64,000 nt of DNA from an uncultured Gammaproteobacteria bacterium (GCA_964604515.1 CAZRZA010000002.1:1607-65606); one strand, 5' to 3'; shown: positions 42,925 to 54,150, numbered from the stretch's first letter. Notes: a model not told the origin generated them from the sequence alone. Translations and numbers: made by a program.

Positions 42925-44376
42925 ATGAATATTAAGAAAACAAAAATAGTTTGTACTATTGGACCATCTTCTAATAGTAAAATAATATTAAAGAAATTAA
43001 TAGGCTCTGGAATGAATGTTGCTAGGCTTAATTTTTCTCATGGAGATTATCCTTCTCACAAAAAACTAATTAATAATATCAGAAGTGTTGCTAAAGAATT
43101 AAATAAGAATATAGCTATTATTCAAGATTTACAGGGACCTCGTATTAGGGTAGCTAAAATATCTGAGCAAGGCTTAGATTTAAGAAAAGATGAAGAAATT
43201 ATTATTATCGCTAAACAAGATGCTAAAGATATTAATATTAAAGGCTTAGAACAGAGAGTGATACCCTTAGATTATAAATATATAGCAGAAGATGTAAAGA
43301 AAAATGACTATATTCTAATAAGTGATGGTTTAATTAGAATTAAAGTAATCAGAATAGCTAAAAACTTAGTACATGGTAAAGTTATAAAAGGAGGAACAAT
43401 ATTTTCTCATAAAGGAATTAATATACCGGGTGTTAAGATAAAAGAAGAGGTAATTACTAAAAAGGATAAAAAAGATTTAGCTTTTGGTATTCAGAATAAA
43501 GTAGATTTTGTTGCTATTTCTTTTGTAGAAAATTATCAAGATATAATAAAATTAAAAAAATTAATAAAAAGGAATAAACCTCAAAATGATATTAAAGTAA
43601 TAGCTAAGGTAGAAAGAATGTCTGCCTTTTTGAACAGAAAGAATATTATAGAAGAAACAGATGCTATTATGATAGCTAGAGGAGATTTAGGAATAGAAAT
43701 ACCAGATGCTAAAGTACCAATGGTACAAAAAGAGTTAATAGCTAATTGTTTAGACTTTGGTAAGCCAGTTATAGTAGCTACACAAATGTTAGATTCTATG
43801 ATTAATTGCCCTAAGCCAACTAGGGCAGAAGTTTCTGATGTAGCCAATGCTGTTTTAGATGGTACTGATGCTGTGATGCTTTCTGGAGAAACTGCTTTTG
43901 GTAAGTATCCTGTAGAAACAGTTACTATGATGGCTAGCATTATTTTAGAAACAGAAAACTCTCCTTTTAATCCCTTACGTGCCGGAGGAGCCACTAAAGA
44001 TATTCATAATAAAGACTTAATATATGCTATTTCTGATTCTGTTTTTGATTTAGCTCAAGAATCTCAAGCTAAGTACATAATAGCTGCTACTCAATCTGGG
44101 TTTACAGCTAGAATGATTGCTAGATATAGACCTGGCGTCCCTATTATGGTTATGGCTACCAAAAAACAAGTAGCAAGACATTTAGCATTAACCTGGGGAG
44201 TATATACTCATATTATAAAGAATTGTAAAAACTTTGATGATTTATTAGATTTTTCTGTCATTAAATTAAAAGAAAGTAAATTAATTAAAAAGGGGGATAA
44301 AGTAATATTTGTTGCTGGACAACCAATAATGCGCACTCAAAATATGAATTTAGTTAAGTTGCATATAGTAGAATAA
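42925..44376 (+). CDS. pyk: Pyruvate kinase
   Basis: TKIVCTIGP, RLNFSHG, MIARGDLGIE, ATQMLDSM, MLSGETA. Confidence 0.97.
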   Translation: MNIKKTKIVCTIGPSSNSKIILKKLIGSGMNVARLNFSHGDYPSHKKLINNIRSVAKELNKNIAIIQDLQGPRIRVAKISEQGLDLRKDEEIIIIAKQDAKDINIKGLEQRVIPLDYKYIAEDVKKNDYILISDGLIRIKVIRIAKNLVHGKVIKGGTIFSHKGINIPGVKIKEEVITKKDKKDLAFGIQNKVDFVAISFVENYQDIIKLKKLIKRNKPQNDIKVIAKVERMSAFLNRKNIIEETDAIMIARGDLGIEIPDAKVPMVQKELIANCLDFGKPVIVATQMLDSMINCPKPTRAEVSDVANAVLDGTDAVMLSGETAFGKYPVETVTMMASIILETENSPFNPLRAGGATKDIHNKDLIYAISDSVFDLAQESQAKYIIAATQSGFTARMIARYRPGVPIMVMATKKQVARHLALTWGVYTHIIKNCKNFDDLLDFSVIKLKESKLIKKGDKVIFVAGQPIMRTQNMNLVKLHIVE

Positions 44377-44468
44377 TTGCTTTTCTAATTAAGCTATGAT
44401 ATAAATAATAATACCTATTAAAAAAATAGGATCAGTTCATTCAAACAAAATACAGGAGTAAAATAAAC

Positions 44469-44852
44469 ATGGAAAATAGCAATAGATACACAGATAGTTA
44501 TGTTCAGGGCCTAAGAAAGGAATATCATGTTCCTAAAAACTTAGAGCTTAATTATAATAGAATAACTAGACTACACATAAAATCAGTAGTTAAGAGTATT
44601 TTATTGAAAGACGATATTAAGATATTATCAGAACCAATTGATAGTGATTTAGAAATATGGAAAGTTTTAATAAGAAAAGACTTTTTACCATCTTTCGAAA
44701 TTGCAGACTGTAATTGTAAGATAATTGAACATGATCTAACCTTTGAATTTAGAGGAAACTTAGAATGTATTCTTGATGTGATTTCTTTGATATCAGAAAC
44801 AAAAGAAGGATTAACACTTAGTACGCCCAAGAAGGAGCTTGCTATAGTATAA
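44469..44852 (+). CDS. Hypothetical protein (stand-alone SD-led unit)
   Basis: Promoter after pyk stop, CCTATT/AATAGG hairpin, AGTTCATT, AGGAG SD, terminator 44878-44911. Confidence 0.75.
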   Translation: MENSNRYTDSYVQGLRKEYHVPKNLELNYNRITRLHIKSVVKSILLKDDIKILSEPIDSDLEIWKVLIRKDFLPSFEIADCNCKIIEHDLTFEFRGNLECILDVISLISETKEGLTLSTPKKELAIV

Positions 44853-44951
44853 CTCTTCCTCTGCCATTGTTTCTGTTAAAGCCCCATTGATTAAAATTAA
44901 TGGGGCTTTTTGTTGATTTTTTATCATTATTATCATATACTACTTGAATTA

Positions 44952-45042
44952 GGAGAGGTGGCTGAGTGGTCGAAGGCGCCTGCTTGGAAAGCAAGTGAAT
45001 GATTATATTGTTCCGCAGGTTCGAATCCTGTCCTCTCCGCCA
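44952..45042 (+). tRNA. tRNA-Ser(GGA)
   Basis: GGAGAGG acceptor stem, loop TTGGAAA, long variable arm, GTTCGAATC, encoded CCA. Confidence 0.95.
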
Positions 45043-45499
45043 TTTAAATAATAACTTTAAAGCTATTATTTATTTTATTTATTTATGTTATTATATACAT
45101 ATATAATATAAATTAATTATTATATTTAAGAGTAAAAATATACTCCGAATGAGATTCGATTTACTAAGCTTTACTAAGATTTTCTTATGAAACTTTACTT
45201 ATTTTTTCTAATTTTTCAAGTTATAATTTCTTTAAAAATAATATTAGAATCACATAATCGTACTTTATGCAATAGTTAACTTGAAATAATTATATATTAT
45301 TGTAACTTTACAAGTAGTTATCGTGTCACTTTTGTAACTTTTTAACAAAATACAAGGCGCACGAAGATCTATTGATTTATAAATAAAAAAAGTGTAGAAT
45401 ATCCTTACCGGGCTTAACGGACTGGGGTTTCAGCCCGATGTAGCCAGCCATTTTACAAAACACTTTTATTTATTAATGTATATTTGCTAGGATAAAGAT

Positions 45500-46231
45500 A
45501 TGAACAAAAGACAAAAAGACTTTTTAATTAAATTAAAAAGAAAAAAATATAGAGAAGAACATCAGAAGTTTACTATTGAAAACTTTAAGATTATTTTAGA
45601 AGAGTATAGTAATAACTTATTAGACTCTATTTATGTTACAGAAAAATTCTATAAAGAGAATGAAGATCAAATGGTTTTTAAGAATACAGATATAATTTCA
45701 GAAAAAGACTTAAAAAAAGTTTCTAATAAAGTAAATCCTCCTGGTATTATTGCTCTTTTTAATATACCACAAGAAAAGAATTTTCATTTTAAGAAAAGAT
45801 TAGTATTGCTATTAGATGATATTCAAGACCCTGGTAATTTAGGCACTATAATTAGAACAGCAGATTGGTTTGGTTTTACAGAAATATTTTGTAGTGAAAA
45901 TTGTGTAGAATTATATAATCCGAAAGTAATTTCTTCTAGTATGGGGTCTATTTTTAATTTAAATATACATAATAATGTTAATTTAAAAGATTTAATAAAA
46001 GACTTAAAGAAAGAAAGATATAGAATAGTAGTAACTGATTTAAATGGTCAGAGTATTAAATTTAATAAAAAAAATAATATTGCTTTGGTAATAGGTAGTG
46101 AGGCCAAGGGAGTTAGTAATAGGATAAAAGGCTTGGCTGATTTAAATTATAAAATAAAGAAATCAGGAAAAGCTGAGTCATTAAACGTAGCTATTGCTAC
46201 TGGTATTATAATGAATGAAATAAAATTTTAA
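45500..46231 (+). CDS. TrmH/SpoU family RNA methyltransferase
   Basis: IQDPGNLGTIIRTA, IGSEAKG, ESLNVAIA. Confidence 0.92.
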   Translation: MNKRQKDFLIKLKRKKYREEHQKFTIENFKIILEEYSNNLLDSIYVTEKFYKENEDQMVFKNTDIISEKDLKKVSNKVNPPGIIALFNIPQEKNFHFKKRLVLLLDDIQDPGNLGTIIRTADWFGFTEIFCSENCVELYNPKVISSSMGSIFNLNIHNNVNLKDLIKDLKKERYRIVVTDLNGQSIKFNKKNNIALVIGSEAKGVSNRIKGLADLNYKIKKSGKAESLNVAIATGIIMNEIKF

Positions 46232-46233
46232 AT

Positions 46234-46392
46234 ATGAATAAAGAAAAAGAAGTTTTAGATAATATTTATCAGGAATATCAAGAAAAAATAAAAGAAATAA
46301 AGAAAAAACAAATAGAAATAAAGAAAAGAATTAGACAAAGAAAAAATAAAAATAAAATAAGTATTCTTAGGAAATTGATAAATAAGCTTTAA
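46234..46392 (+). CDS. Small (52 aa) basic coiled-coil protein missing from the ORF track
   Basis: MNKEKEVLDNIYQEYQEKIKEIKKKQ...; fills the gap with 2- and 3-nt spacing to neighbours. Confidence 0.6.
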   Translation: MNKEKEVLDNIYQEYQEKIKEIKKKQIEIKKRIRQRKNKNKISILRKLINKL

Positions 46393-46395
46393 GCT

Positions 46396-47451
46396 ATGAA
46401 AAATTTAGAAAAAAATAATTTTTTAGAAAAAGAAACAAACTCTTTAGAAAAGAAAAACGAATACCAAGAAGAGGTTACAAAGATATTAGCAGAAGTAGAT
46501 AGTGATCTTAATAATATAGAAGAAATAAATAAAGAGATAAGAGAAGATGATGGTGCTAATATTGAAGATAAAGAAGAGTCTTTAAAGTTAGAAAAAGAAA
46601 GCAAGGTTATTAAAGATAATTTAATAAATAGATTAAAGAGTAAGTTTAAATATTATGCTAAAGTAGGAGCTATAGTATTGGGAGTCGGGGGACCAATTAT
46701 AGGTGAGGCTTCTGCTCAAGTTAATAGTAGCTTTGATAGTAGTAATAAGACAGAGCAGGTAGTTAAAGAAAAAGAGATAATAGAAATATCTCAAGAAGAA
46801 ATAGATGATTTTATATCTAGAATAGAAATAGACTGGGCAGAAAAAAAACCTAATAAAGAGGTCATTGGTATCATTAATGAATTAATAGAAGAGTATTTTA
46901 AAGAATATGCAGATAAAGGCATGGTTTCAAATGATTTGAGCATAAAGATTGCTTTAGCATATGAAGGTTGTACAAATATAGCTACTTATGATACAGAATT
47001 TAATGATATTTACATTCCTCCTGATTTGGTTGATTTATTATCAGAAGCAGAGGCTAGGGCTATTTTTATGCATGAATTTGAACATTTTTACGATGATGGT
47101 AGTGATTACTTAAAAGATGTTCCTTATATTGATTTTGTTGTTAGCGCTGATGAAATGAGTGGCTACAGAACTCAGGTTAAATATATAGAAGATCATAAAG
47201 AAGATTTTTCTTCAGAAGAAGATTATGATATTGCTCTTAGTTATGCAAATATAAAATACAAACAACATAAAAGTGAGGTGGGGGGAATGTTAGAAGCCCT
47301 TGAAGAAGGGCAACACCTTGATGAAGATATAGTTAAAGAAATTAAAAAGAAAGCCATTGGTAGTATTATAAAAGAATATAAAGAATATGCAGCAAAATAT
47401 CCTCAAGGATCAGAGTTAAATAAAATATTAGAGAGTCGCAGAAGTAAATAA
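46396..47451 (+). CDS. Membrane-anchored hypothetical protein with HExxH zincin motif
   Basis: Charged N-terminus, TM at about aa 88-107, AIFMHEFEH, downstream Glu. Confidence 0.7.
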   Translation: MKNLEKNNFLEKETNSLEKKNEYQEEVTKILAEVDSDLNNIEEINKEIREDDGANIEDKEESLKLEKESKVIKDNLINRLKSKFKYYAKVGAIVLGVGGPIIGEASAQVNSSFDSSNKTEQVVKEKEIIEISQEEIDDFISRIEIDWAEKKPNKEVIGIINELIEEYFKEYADKGMVSNDLSIKIALAYEGCTNIATYDTEFNDIYIPPDLVDLLSEAEARAIFMHEFEHFYDDGSDYLKDVPYIDFVVSADEMSGYRTQVKYIEDHKEDFSSEEDYDIALSYANIKYKQHKSEVGGMLEALEEGQHLDEDIVKEIKKKAIGSIIKEYKEYAAKYPQGSELNKILESRRSK

Positions 47452-47457
47452 ATAGAA

Positions 47458-49245
47458 ATGAGTCACATAGAAGAGATAAAGAATAGTTTAGACATAACAG
47501 AAGTTATATCTAATTATATTGATATACAACAAGTAGGCGGTAATTTTAAAGCTCGTTGTCCTTTTCATAATGAAAAAACAGCCTCTTTTATGGTTTCTAA
47601 AGAAAAACAAATTTATCACTGTTTTGGTTGTGATAAAGGAGGGGATATAATATCTTTCATTCAAGAATATGAAGGTCTTAATTTTAATGAAGCTTTAAAG
47701 ATATTAGCAGATAAGGCAGGCATTAGCTTGCCAGAATATAAAGGGCAAAAGAAAGAAGATTATAGTAGGGTATATGAAATAAATAAACTAGCCACAGAAT
47801 TCTATAAGAATAAATTAAAAGAAAATAATGAAGTAGTTAAAAAGGTTAAAGAGTATTTAAATAATCGTAAAATAAAAGAAGAAAGTATAAGTAAATGGGA
47901 ATTAGGATTAGCAGGAGAATCTTGGGATAGCTTATATAATTATTTAAAGAACAAGGAGTATAAAGAGGAGGAAATATTAAAAGCAGGGTTAATATTAAAG
48001 AAAAGAGATGGTCAGGGATATATAGATCGTTTTAGAAAGAGATTAATGTTTCCCATTAAAGATGCTCAAGGAAGAACCGTAGGATTTACTTCTCGTACTT
48101 TAGCTAAAATAGCATATAATGAAGAAACATTTGGTGGTAAGTATATTAATAGTCCGCAAACAGTTATTTATGACAAAAGTAAAATATTATATGGCTGGTC
48201 CTTGGCTAAAGATATCATTAGACAGAAGAAGTATATAATTATAGTAGAAGGTAATATGGATGCTATTGCTATTTCTCAAACGAAGGCTAATAATGTGGTA
48301 GCTGTTTCCGGAACAGCTTTAACAAAAGAACAAATTAAATTAATAAAAAGATATACAAACAATGTTATCTTTGCTTTTGATGGTGACAATGCAGGATCTC
48401 GAGCGGTGTTTAGGGGTATTAGTTTGGGTTGGGAAGAAGAAATGAATTTAAAGATATTAATATTACCAAACGGTAAAGATCCGGCAGATATTATTAAAGA
48501 AAATGAAGATAATTGGTATAATTTATTAAAAAATTCTTTACCAGTTATGGATTATTATTTACAAAGAATATTAGCAGGAATAGACATAAATAGGGCAGAT
48601 CATAAGAAGATAGCGGTAGAAAAACTTTTGCCTATAATTAAATTTTTAAAAAGTAATATAGAGCAAATACATTATTTAAAGATATTAGCAGATAAACTAA
48701 ACATTCCTCTTCATATTTTAGAAAAAGACTTAGAAGGAACTAAGTCATTTTTAGATGATAAGCAAAATAATAACTCTATATATAATGAGCAAAGAAAAGA
48801 AATTGTTAGATCTTTGATAGAGAAAATATTAAGTATGGCTTTTTTTAAAAAAGAGTTATTAGAAAAATTAATAGATGATATTGATTTAGAAATGATGATT
48901 GAACCATGGAAAACCCTTTACGAAAAGATAATTATCTACTATACTAAACATCAGAATTTAGATAATTTTATTGACCAAGCAGATTTAAATGAAGCAGAAA
49001 GAAAAGCTTGGATAGAATTATCATTATTAGGAGAAAAAGATAATTTAGATACAGATAATAAAGACTTATACTATAATTGGGAATTATTAATAAATAAATT
49101 AAAAAAAGATTATTATAATAAAGAAAGAGATATGTTAATTCAGGAATTAAAACAAGCTGAAATATCTAAGGACAAAGAATTAGAGGACAAAGTAGTTCAT
49201 AAAATAAATTTAATTAATAGTAAAATACAAAAAATACAAAATTAA
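47458..49245 (+). CDS. dnaG: DNA primase
   Basis: [15 protein letters not shown] zinc finger, KYINSP, VEGNMD, FDGDNAG. Confidence 0.96.
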   Translation: MSHIEEIKNSLDITEVISNYIDIQQVGGNFKARCPFHNEKTASFMVSKEKQIYHCFGCDKGGDIISFIQEYEGLNFNEALKILADKAGISLPEYKGQKKEDYSRVYEINKLATEFYKNKLKENNEVVKKVKEYLNNRKIKEESISKWELGLAGESWDSLYNYLKNKEYKEEEILKAGLILKKRDGQGYIDRFRKRLMFPIKDAQGRTVGFTSRTLAKIAYNEETFGGKYINSPQTVIYDKSKILYGWSLAKDIIRQKKYIIIVEGNMDAIAISQTKANNVVAVSGTALTKEQIKLIKRYTNNVIFAFDGDNAGSRAVFRGISLGWEEEMNLKILILPNGKDPADIIKENEDNWYNLLKNSLPVMDYYLQRILAGIDINRADHKKIAVEKLLPIIKFLKSNIEQIHYLKILADKLNIPLHILEKDLEGTKSFLDDKQNNNSIYNEQRKEIVRSLIEKILSMAFFKKELLEKLIDDIDLEMMIEPWKTLYEKIIIYYTKHQNLDNFIDQADLNEAERKAWIELSLLGEKDNLDTDNKDLYYNWELLINKLKKDYYNKERDMLIQELKQAEISKDKELEDKVVHKINLINSKIQKIQN

Positions 49246-49246
49246 T

Positions 49247-50524
49247 ATGGCCAAGATAAAAGCCAAAAAAAAGAAAGTTATTAAAAAAAGTACTTCTCAA
49301 AAAAGAAGTATTACTAAGCCAAAAAAAGTGGTTAAAAAGAAAACTGTTAAAAGTAATAAAAAGACAGTTAGTGCTAAAAAAAGTACAATAAAAAAAGTGA
49401 AGAAAAGTATTAAGAATAAAATAAAAGCTCCTAAGAAAAAATTAAACAAAGAATTAGCTCTTACTTTAATTAAAAAAGGAAGATCTCGTTCTTTTATTAC
49501 TATGGATCAGGTTTTAAGAATATTTACTGATTTAGAAGATTATGTTTCTGATTTTGAGGTATTTTTAGATGATTTATATGAGAATGGAATTCAATTAATA
49601 GAAATAGAAGGCGGTATTTTAGACTTACAAGATAATGCAGAAGAAATATTATCTTCTTCTGGGGTTTTAGGCAACTTAGAGAGGGGTGACTTAACAGATA
49701 TTGCTGCTGATTCTATTCAAATGTATTTAAGGGAAATAGGTAAAGTACCATTATTAACAGGAGAAGAAGAAGTGGCTTTAGCTAAAAGAAAAGAGAAGAA
49801 TGATATTAATGCTAAAAAACAATTAATAAAAGCTAATTTAAGGTTAGTGGTGAGCATAGCTAAAAGATTTACAGGAAGATCATTGAGTCTTTTAGATTTA
49901 ATTCAAGAAGGTAATATTGGTTTATTTAGAGCAGTAGAAAAATTTGATTATCGTAAAGGGTATAAGTTCTCTACTTATGCTACTTGGTGGATTAGACAGG
50001 CCATTACTAGAGCCTTGGCTGATCAATCTAGAACCATTAGAATACCTGTTCATATGGTAGAAACTATTAATAGATTTAATCAAATAGAAAGAAGGTTGGT
50101 GCAAGAGCTAGGTAGAGATCCTTTGCCAGAAGAAATAGCAGCTGAAATGGGAGAAGATGTAGAGAAAGTAAAACATATAAAAAAGATTTCTCAAGAAACA
50201 GTTTCTTTAGAAGCTTCTGTTGGTGATGACGACGATGATAGTAGTTTAGGAGATTTTATCGAAGATGATAAAACAATTACTCCAGACAGAGTAGCTGCTT
50301 TAAGGTTATTAAGTGATCATGTTAAAAAAATAATTGGAGACTTAACACCTCGTGAACAAAAAATATTAGAAATGCGTTTTGGTTTAACAGATGGAGTAGC
50401 TCATACCTTAGAAGAAGTAGGACAAGAATTTGGTGTAACCAGAGAACGTATTAGACAAATAGAAGCTAAGGCTTTAGAAAGAATAAAGAAGCATGAAGAT
50501 ATGCGTAAATTACAAGATTATTAA
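49247..50524 (+). CDS. rpoD: Primary sigma factor sigma70 with Lys-rich N-terminus
   Basis: [43 protein letters not shown]. Confidence 0.96.
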   Translation: MAKIKAKKKKVIKKSTSQKRSITKPKKVVKKKTVKSNKKTVSAKKSTIKKVKKSIKNKIKAPKKKLNKELALTLIKKGRSRSFITMDQVLRIFTDLEDYVSDFEVFLDDLYENGIQLIEIEGGILDLQDNAEEILSSSGVLGNLERGDLTDIAADSIQMYLREIGKVPLLTGEEEVALAKRKEKNDINAKKQLIKANLRLVVSIAKRFTGRSLSLLDLIQEGNIGLFRAVEKFDYRKGYKFSTYATWWIRQAITRALADQSRTIRIPVHMVETINRFNQIERRLVQELGRDPLPEEIAAEMGEDVEKVKHIKKISQETVSLEASVGDDDDDSSLGDFIEDDKTITPDRVAALRLLSDHVKKIIGDLTPREQKILEMRFGLTDGVAHTLEEVGQEFGVTRERIRQIEAKALERIKKHEDMRKLQDY

Positions 50525-50527
50525 ATT

Positions 50528-50989
50528 ATGTTTTTAACAGCTCATACCTCAGTTGCTTTGTTAATAAGTACTAAAATAATTAATCCTTTTTTAGGTTTTA
50601 TTTTAGGTTTTATTTCTCATTTCTTAGTAGATATTATTCCCCATGGAGATGAGGAATTAGATCAGAAAATTATCCATTTAAATAGGAAAGATAAATTTAT
50701 TTTTTTAAGTTTAATTGGTTTTTTTGATTTACTTTTTTCTTTATTATTAGTTTATTTGTTTATTAAATATTCAAGTATAAATAATAATATAATTTGGTTT
50801 ACAGTAATAGGGTCTTGGTTACCAGATATGTTTTGGTTAAGTATAGATTTTTTTAAGGTAAAATTTTTAGGATTTTTTATTAAATTTCATACTTATATGC
50901 ATACTTTAATTGATTATAAGTATCCAATAATATATGGAATACCAGTACAAATTATTTTTGTGTTATTTATATCTTACTTTACATATTAA
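50528..50989 (+). CDS. Putative membrane-bound metal-dependent hydrolase
   Basis: TAH, SHFLVDIIPH, LPD, H..H motifs in a hydrophobic protein. Confidence 0.65.
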   Translation: MFLTAHTSVALLISTKIINPFLGFILGFISHFLVDIIPHGDEELDQKIIHLNRKDKFIFLSLIGFFDLLFSLLLVYLFIKYSSINNNIIWFTVIGSWLPDMFWLSIDFFKVKFLGFFIKFHTYMHTLIDYKYPIIYGIPVQIIFVLFISYFTY

Positions 50990-50991
50990 AT

Positions 50992-51018
50992 AAAGAAACC
51001 CCTTTTAGGGGTTTCTTT
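50992..51018. terminator. Bidirectional terminator
   Basis: AAAGAAACCCCT/AGGGGTTTCTTT. Confidence 0.8.
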
Positions 51019-52792
51019 ATTTAGATCTTTTTCTTTCATTTTCTTTCAAAAACTGCTTCCTTAACCTTATGTTTTCGGGGGTTATTTCTAAGTACTCATC
51101 TTCGGAAATAATTTCTAAGCCTTTTTCAATATTTAAAATATTAGGAGGAGCTAAGCTAATAGCTTCATCAGCTCCAGAGCTTCTCATATTACTTAATTGT
51201 TTACCTTTAGTTGGATTAACAACCATATCTAATCCTTTAGCAGTATTACCAATTACCATTCCTTCATAAACTTCCATACCAGGACCTATGTATAGGCTAC
51301 CACGGTCTTGTAAATTAAAGAGAGAGAATCCCAAGGCTTTTCCTGTAGCCATAGAAATCATAGAACCAACATTACGTTTTTTAATATTACCAGTATAAGG
51401 ACGATAGCCGATAGATCTAGAGCATAGTATTCCTTCGCCACGAGTATCAACTGTAAATTCTCCACGGTATCCTAATAATCCTCTGGTTGGTATTTCGAAT
51501 ATTAATTGCATTTGGTTGTTTTCATTTTTTATACCAGTATTTATACCTTTTCTTTTTCCCATCTTTTCTAAGACAATACCAGAGCTAGACTCAGGAACAT
51601 CTATGGTTACTTCTTCAAATGGTTCTGTTTTTTGACCATCTTTTTCTTCTATTATTACTTGGGGTTGAGATACTTGTAATTCAAAACCCTCTCTTCTCAT
51701 TTGCTCTATTAAGATAGCAGCATGTAACTCACCTCTACTATATACTTTAAAGATATCTCCAGAAAAACTTATTTTTAAACCAACATTTATTTCTAATTCT
51801 TTTTCTAACCTTTCTTTAATTTGTTTACTAGTTACATATTTTCCCTCACGACCAGCAAAAGGAGAATTATTTACTAAAAAATCCAAAGAAATAGTTGGCT
51901 CATCTACAATAATAGCTGGCAATGGTTTTTGTTCTTCGGAAAGACATATTGTTTCTCCAATATCAATATCTGAAAAACCAGCTACCATAACAATATCTCC
52001 GGCTTTAGCTTCAGTCACTTCTTTTCTATTTAGACCATGAAAGGTAAATATTTTAGTAACTTTACCTTTTTTATTTTCACCATTTAATTTCTTAAGAATT
52101 AAATTATTTTTATTATTTAAGCTACCTTCATATATTCTACCAATCGCTAAACGACCCAAGAAGTCATCATAGGCTAAGTTAAAAGCTTGAAATCGCAAAG
52201 GACTTTCTAAGTCTTTTTTGGCTTCAGGAACTTTTTCCAGAATAACATCTAAGAGGGGTATAATATTATCTGATTCATCTGTTAAGTATTTCTTGGCAAT
52301 ACCATTTTTCCCAATAGTATAAACAGTAGTAAAATCTAATTGTTCATTAGTGGCTCCTAATTCAATAAATAAATCAAAAACTTGTTCATGGGCTAGATTA
52401 GGGTTAGCTGCTGGCTTATCAATTTTATTAATAACTACTATTGGTTTTAAGCCTAGCTCTAAAGACTTTTTTAAAACAAATCTTGTTTGAGGCATAGGGC
52501 CCTCTTGAGCATCAACAATTAATAAAACACTGTCAATTGATTTTAATACTCTTTCTACTTCTGAGCCAAAGTCAGCATGCCCAGGAGTATCAATAATATT
52601 AATTTTAGTATCCTTATAGAAAACAGAAGCATTTTTTGAATAAATAGTAATACCACGCTCTTTTTCTAAAGCGTTGGAATCCATACTAATACTATCATCT
52701 GCTATGGAATCTGTTTGTTTTAATATTGCATCAGTTAAAGCTGTTTTACCATGATCAACGTGAGCAATGATTGCTATATTTCTAATTTTCAT
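51017..52792 (-). CDS. typA: Translational GTPase TypA/BipA
   Basis: IRNIAIIAHVDHGKT, DTPGHADFG, SPFAGREG, PTRGLLG; ATG 52792 lies 8 nt after a TAGTAT -10. Confidence 0.96.
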   Translation of the reverse strand: MKIRNIAIIAHVDHGKTALTDAILKQTDSIADDSISMDSNALEKERGITIYSKNASVFYKDTKINIIDTPGHADFGSEVERVLKSIDSVLLIVDAQEGPMPQTRFVLKKSLELGLKPIVVINKIDKPAANPNLAHEQVFDLFIELGATNEQLDFTTVYTIGKNGIAKKYLTDESDNIIPLLDVILEKVPEAKKDLESPLRFQAFNLAYDDFLGRLAIGRIYEGSLNNKNNLILKKLNGENKKGKVTKIFTFHGLNRKEVTEAKAGDIVMVAGFSDIDIGETICLSEEQKPLPAIIVDEPTISLDFLVNNSPFAGREGKYVTSKQIKERLEKELEINVGLKISFSGDIFKVYSRGELHAAILIEQMRREGFELQVSQPQVIIEEKDGQKTEPFEEVTIDVPESSSGIVLEKMGKRKGINTGIKNENNQMQLIFEIPTRGLLGYRGEFTVDTRGEGILCSRSIGYRPYTGNIKKRNVGSMISMATGKALGFSLFNLQDRGSLYIGPGMEVYEGMVIGNTAKGLDMVVNPTKGKQLSNMRSSGADEAISLAPPNILNIEKGLEIISEDEYLEITPENIRLRKQFLKENERKRSK

Positions 52793-52834
52793 AAGTTTAG
52801 ATACTAACAGAAATATAGTAATATAGCAAGGCAT

Positions 52835-53404
52835 TTAGTCTGTAGAACCAAGTTTAAAAACTTTATTTAACCAAATCTTTTTCTTTTCTTTATCTGCTTT
52901 AAAGACTGGACCTATTTTAGTTATTTTAATAGGCTTAAAACCAGAGTATTTTAAAATACTATTTTTTATTATTTTTATTCCTGGATTACCAAATAATAGT
53001 TGACTTAAAAAGGGAGAGGCATCCATAGTTATTATTATACGAGCGCTTTTATTTTTTAATAAACCAACAGGCTTTCCTTTAATATATTTTACAGCAAAAC
53101 CAGTGGTTAAGGCCCTGTCTATAAAACCTTTTAAAAGAGCAGGCATAAAACCCCACCAAAGAGGATAAATAAACACTATATGATTCGCCCACTCTATATC
53201 TTTTCTAGCTTTAATTAAGTCTATTTCTAATTTTTGTTGACCTTTTTTTTCTTTTCTAAAATTAGAATCAAATTTTAAATTAGCTACTTCTATTAATTTA
53301 GTTTTTGCAGACGAAAATTTAGCTCCAGAAAGGTATGAATTAGCCAAAGCAGAACAAAAACTATTTGTTCTAGGATGTCCCAAGATAATTAATACTTTTT
53401 TCAT
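52835..53404 (-). CDS. NAD(P)H-dependent oxidoreductase (flavodoxin-like fold 2)
   Basis: ILGHP..SF, YPLWWGFMPALLKGFIDR; start 53404 or 53410. Confidence 0.88.
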   Translation of the reverse strand: MKKVLIILGHPRTNSFCSALANSYLSGAKFSSAKTKLIEVANLKFDSNFRKEKKGQQKLEIDLIKARKDIEWANHIVFIYPLWWGFMPALLKGFIDRALTTGFAVKYIKGKPVGLLKNKSARIIITMDASPFLSQLLFGNPGIKIIKNSILKYSGFKPIKITKIGPVFKADKEKKKIWLNKVFKLGSTD

Positions 53405-53426
53405 ATTCATATTATAGCATTAAATA

Positions 53427-53451
53427 AAAGAACCACCTAAGGTGGTTCTTT
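53427..53451 (-). terminator. Intrinsic terminator
   Basis: AAAGAACCACC-taa-GGTGGTTCTTT. Confidence 0.8.
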
Positions 53452-53459
53452 ATATGAAT

Positions 53460-53960
53460 TTATTTTTTCTTCTTTACTACCTTTTTCTTTACTACTTTCT
53501 TAGCAGGAGCTTTCTTCTTTACTACCTTTTTCTTTACTACTTTCTTAGCAGGAGCTTTCTTCTCTTTTGTGGTTATTTTTTTAGCAGGAGTTTTTTCTCC
53601 TAAAACCTTGATAAGTTCATCGAGTTTATAATTTAAGGCTTTAATACCCTTTAATATTTCTTCATGACTTTGACCTGATCTATTATCATCCCTATTCTCA
53701 AAACGAGGCTTTCTGTCTCTTCCTCCACCAAATTTATTTTGTCTAGAACTACCACCTTGTTTTTCAAAACAACTACTACAGTAAATAGGTTTATTACCGG
53801 TAGGTTTAAATGGAACCTCACAAGAGGATTGGCAAGCATCACAAATAGCACTATGCATGCTAGGTCTTTGGCTACCACCAAAATTACGTCTAGAATTTCT
53901 ATTATTAAAACCTCCATCTCTTCTTCCTCTATCTCTATTGTCTCTATTAAAGTTTCTCAT
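53460..53960 (-). CDS. CxxC-x17-CxxC zinc-ribbon protein with RG-rich arms and histone-H1-like KKAPAKKVVKKK tail
   Basis: MHSAICDAC..CEVPFKP....IYCSSCF; duplicated 15-aa C-terminal repeat. Confidence 0.88.
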   Translation of the reverse strand: MRNFNRDNRDRGRRDGGFNNRNSRRNFGGSQRPSMHSAICDACQSSCEVPFKPTGNKPIYCSSCFEKQGGSSRQNKFGGGRDRKPRFENRDDNRSGQSHEEILKGIKALNYKLDELIKVLGEKTPAKKITTKEKKAPAKKVVKKKVVKKKAPAKKVVKKKVVKKKK

Positions 53961-54074
53961 ATTTTATGTTAATTATTATTAATATATCCTAGTATATTTT
54001 AGCTATTTTATCAATAGTTAGTATAGTTTAATAGCTTTACAAATAAAAATCACCTTAAAAGGTGTTTTTTTGTG

Positions 54075-54149
54075 TGGCTCCGAGGGAGGGATTCGAACCC
54101 ACGGCCAATTGATTAACAGTCAACTGCTCTACCACTGAGCTACCTCGGA
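54075..54149 (-). tRNA. tRNA-Asn(GTT)
   Basis: TCCGAGG acceptor stem, loop CTGTTAA, GTTCGAATC, CCA. Confidence 0.96.
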
Positions 54150-54150
54150 T

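Noticed and set aside
45043-45370. AT-rich gap after tRNA-Ser as an integrated element or oriC
   Set aside because: No duplicated tRNA 3' end, no integrase, no DnaA boxes; only short TTACTAAG and TTGTAACTTT repeats
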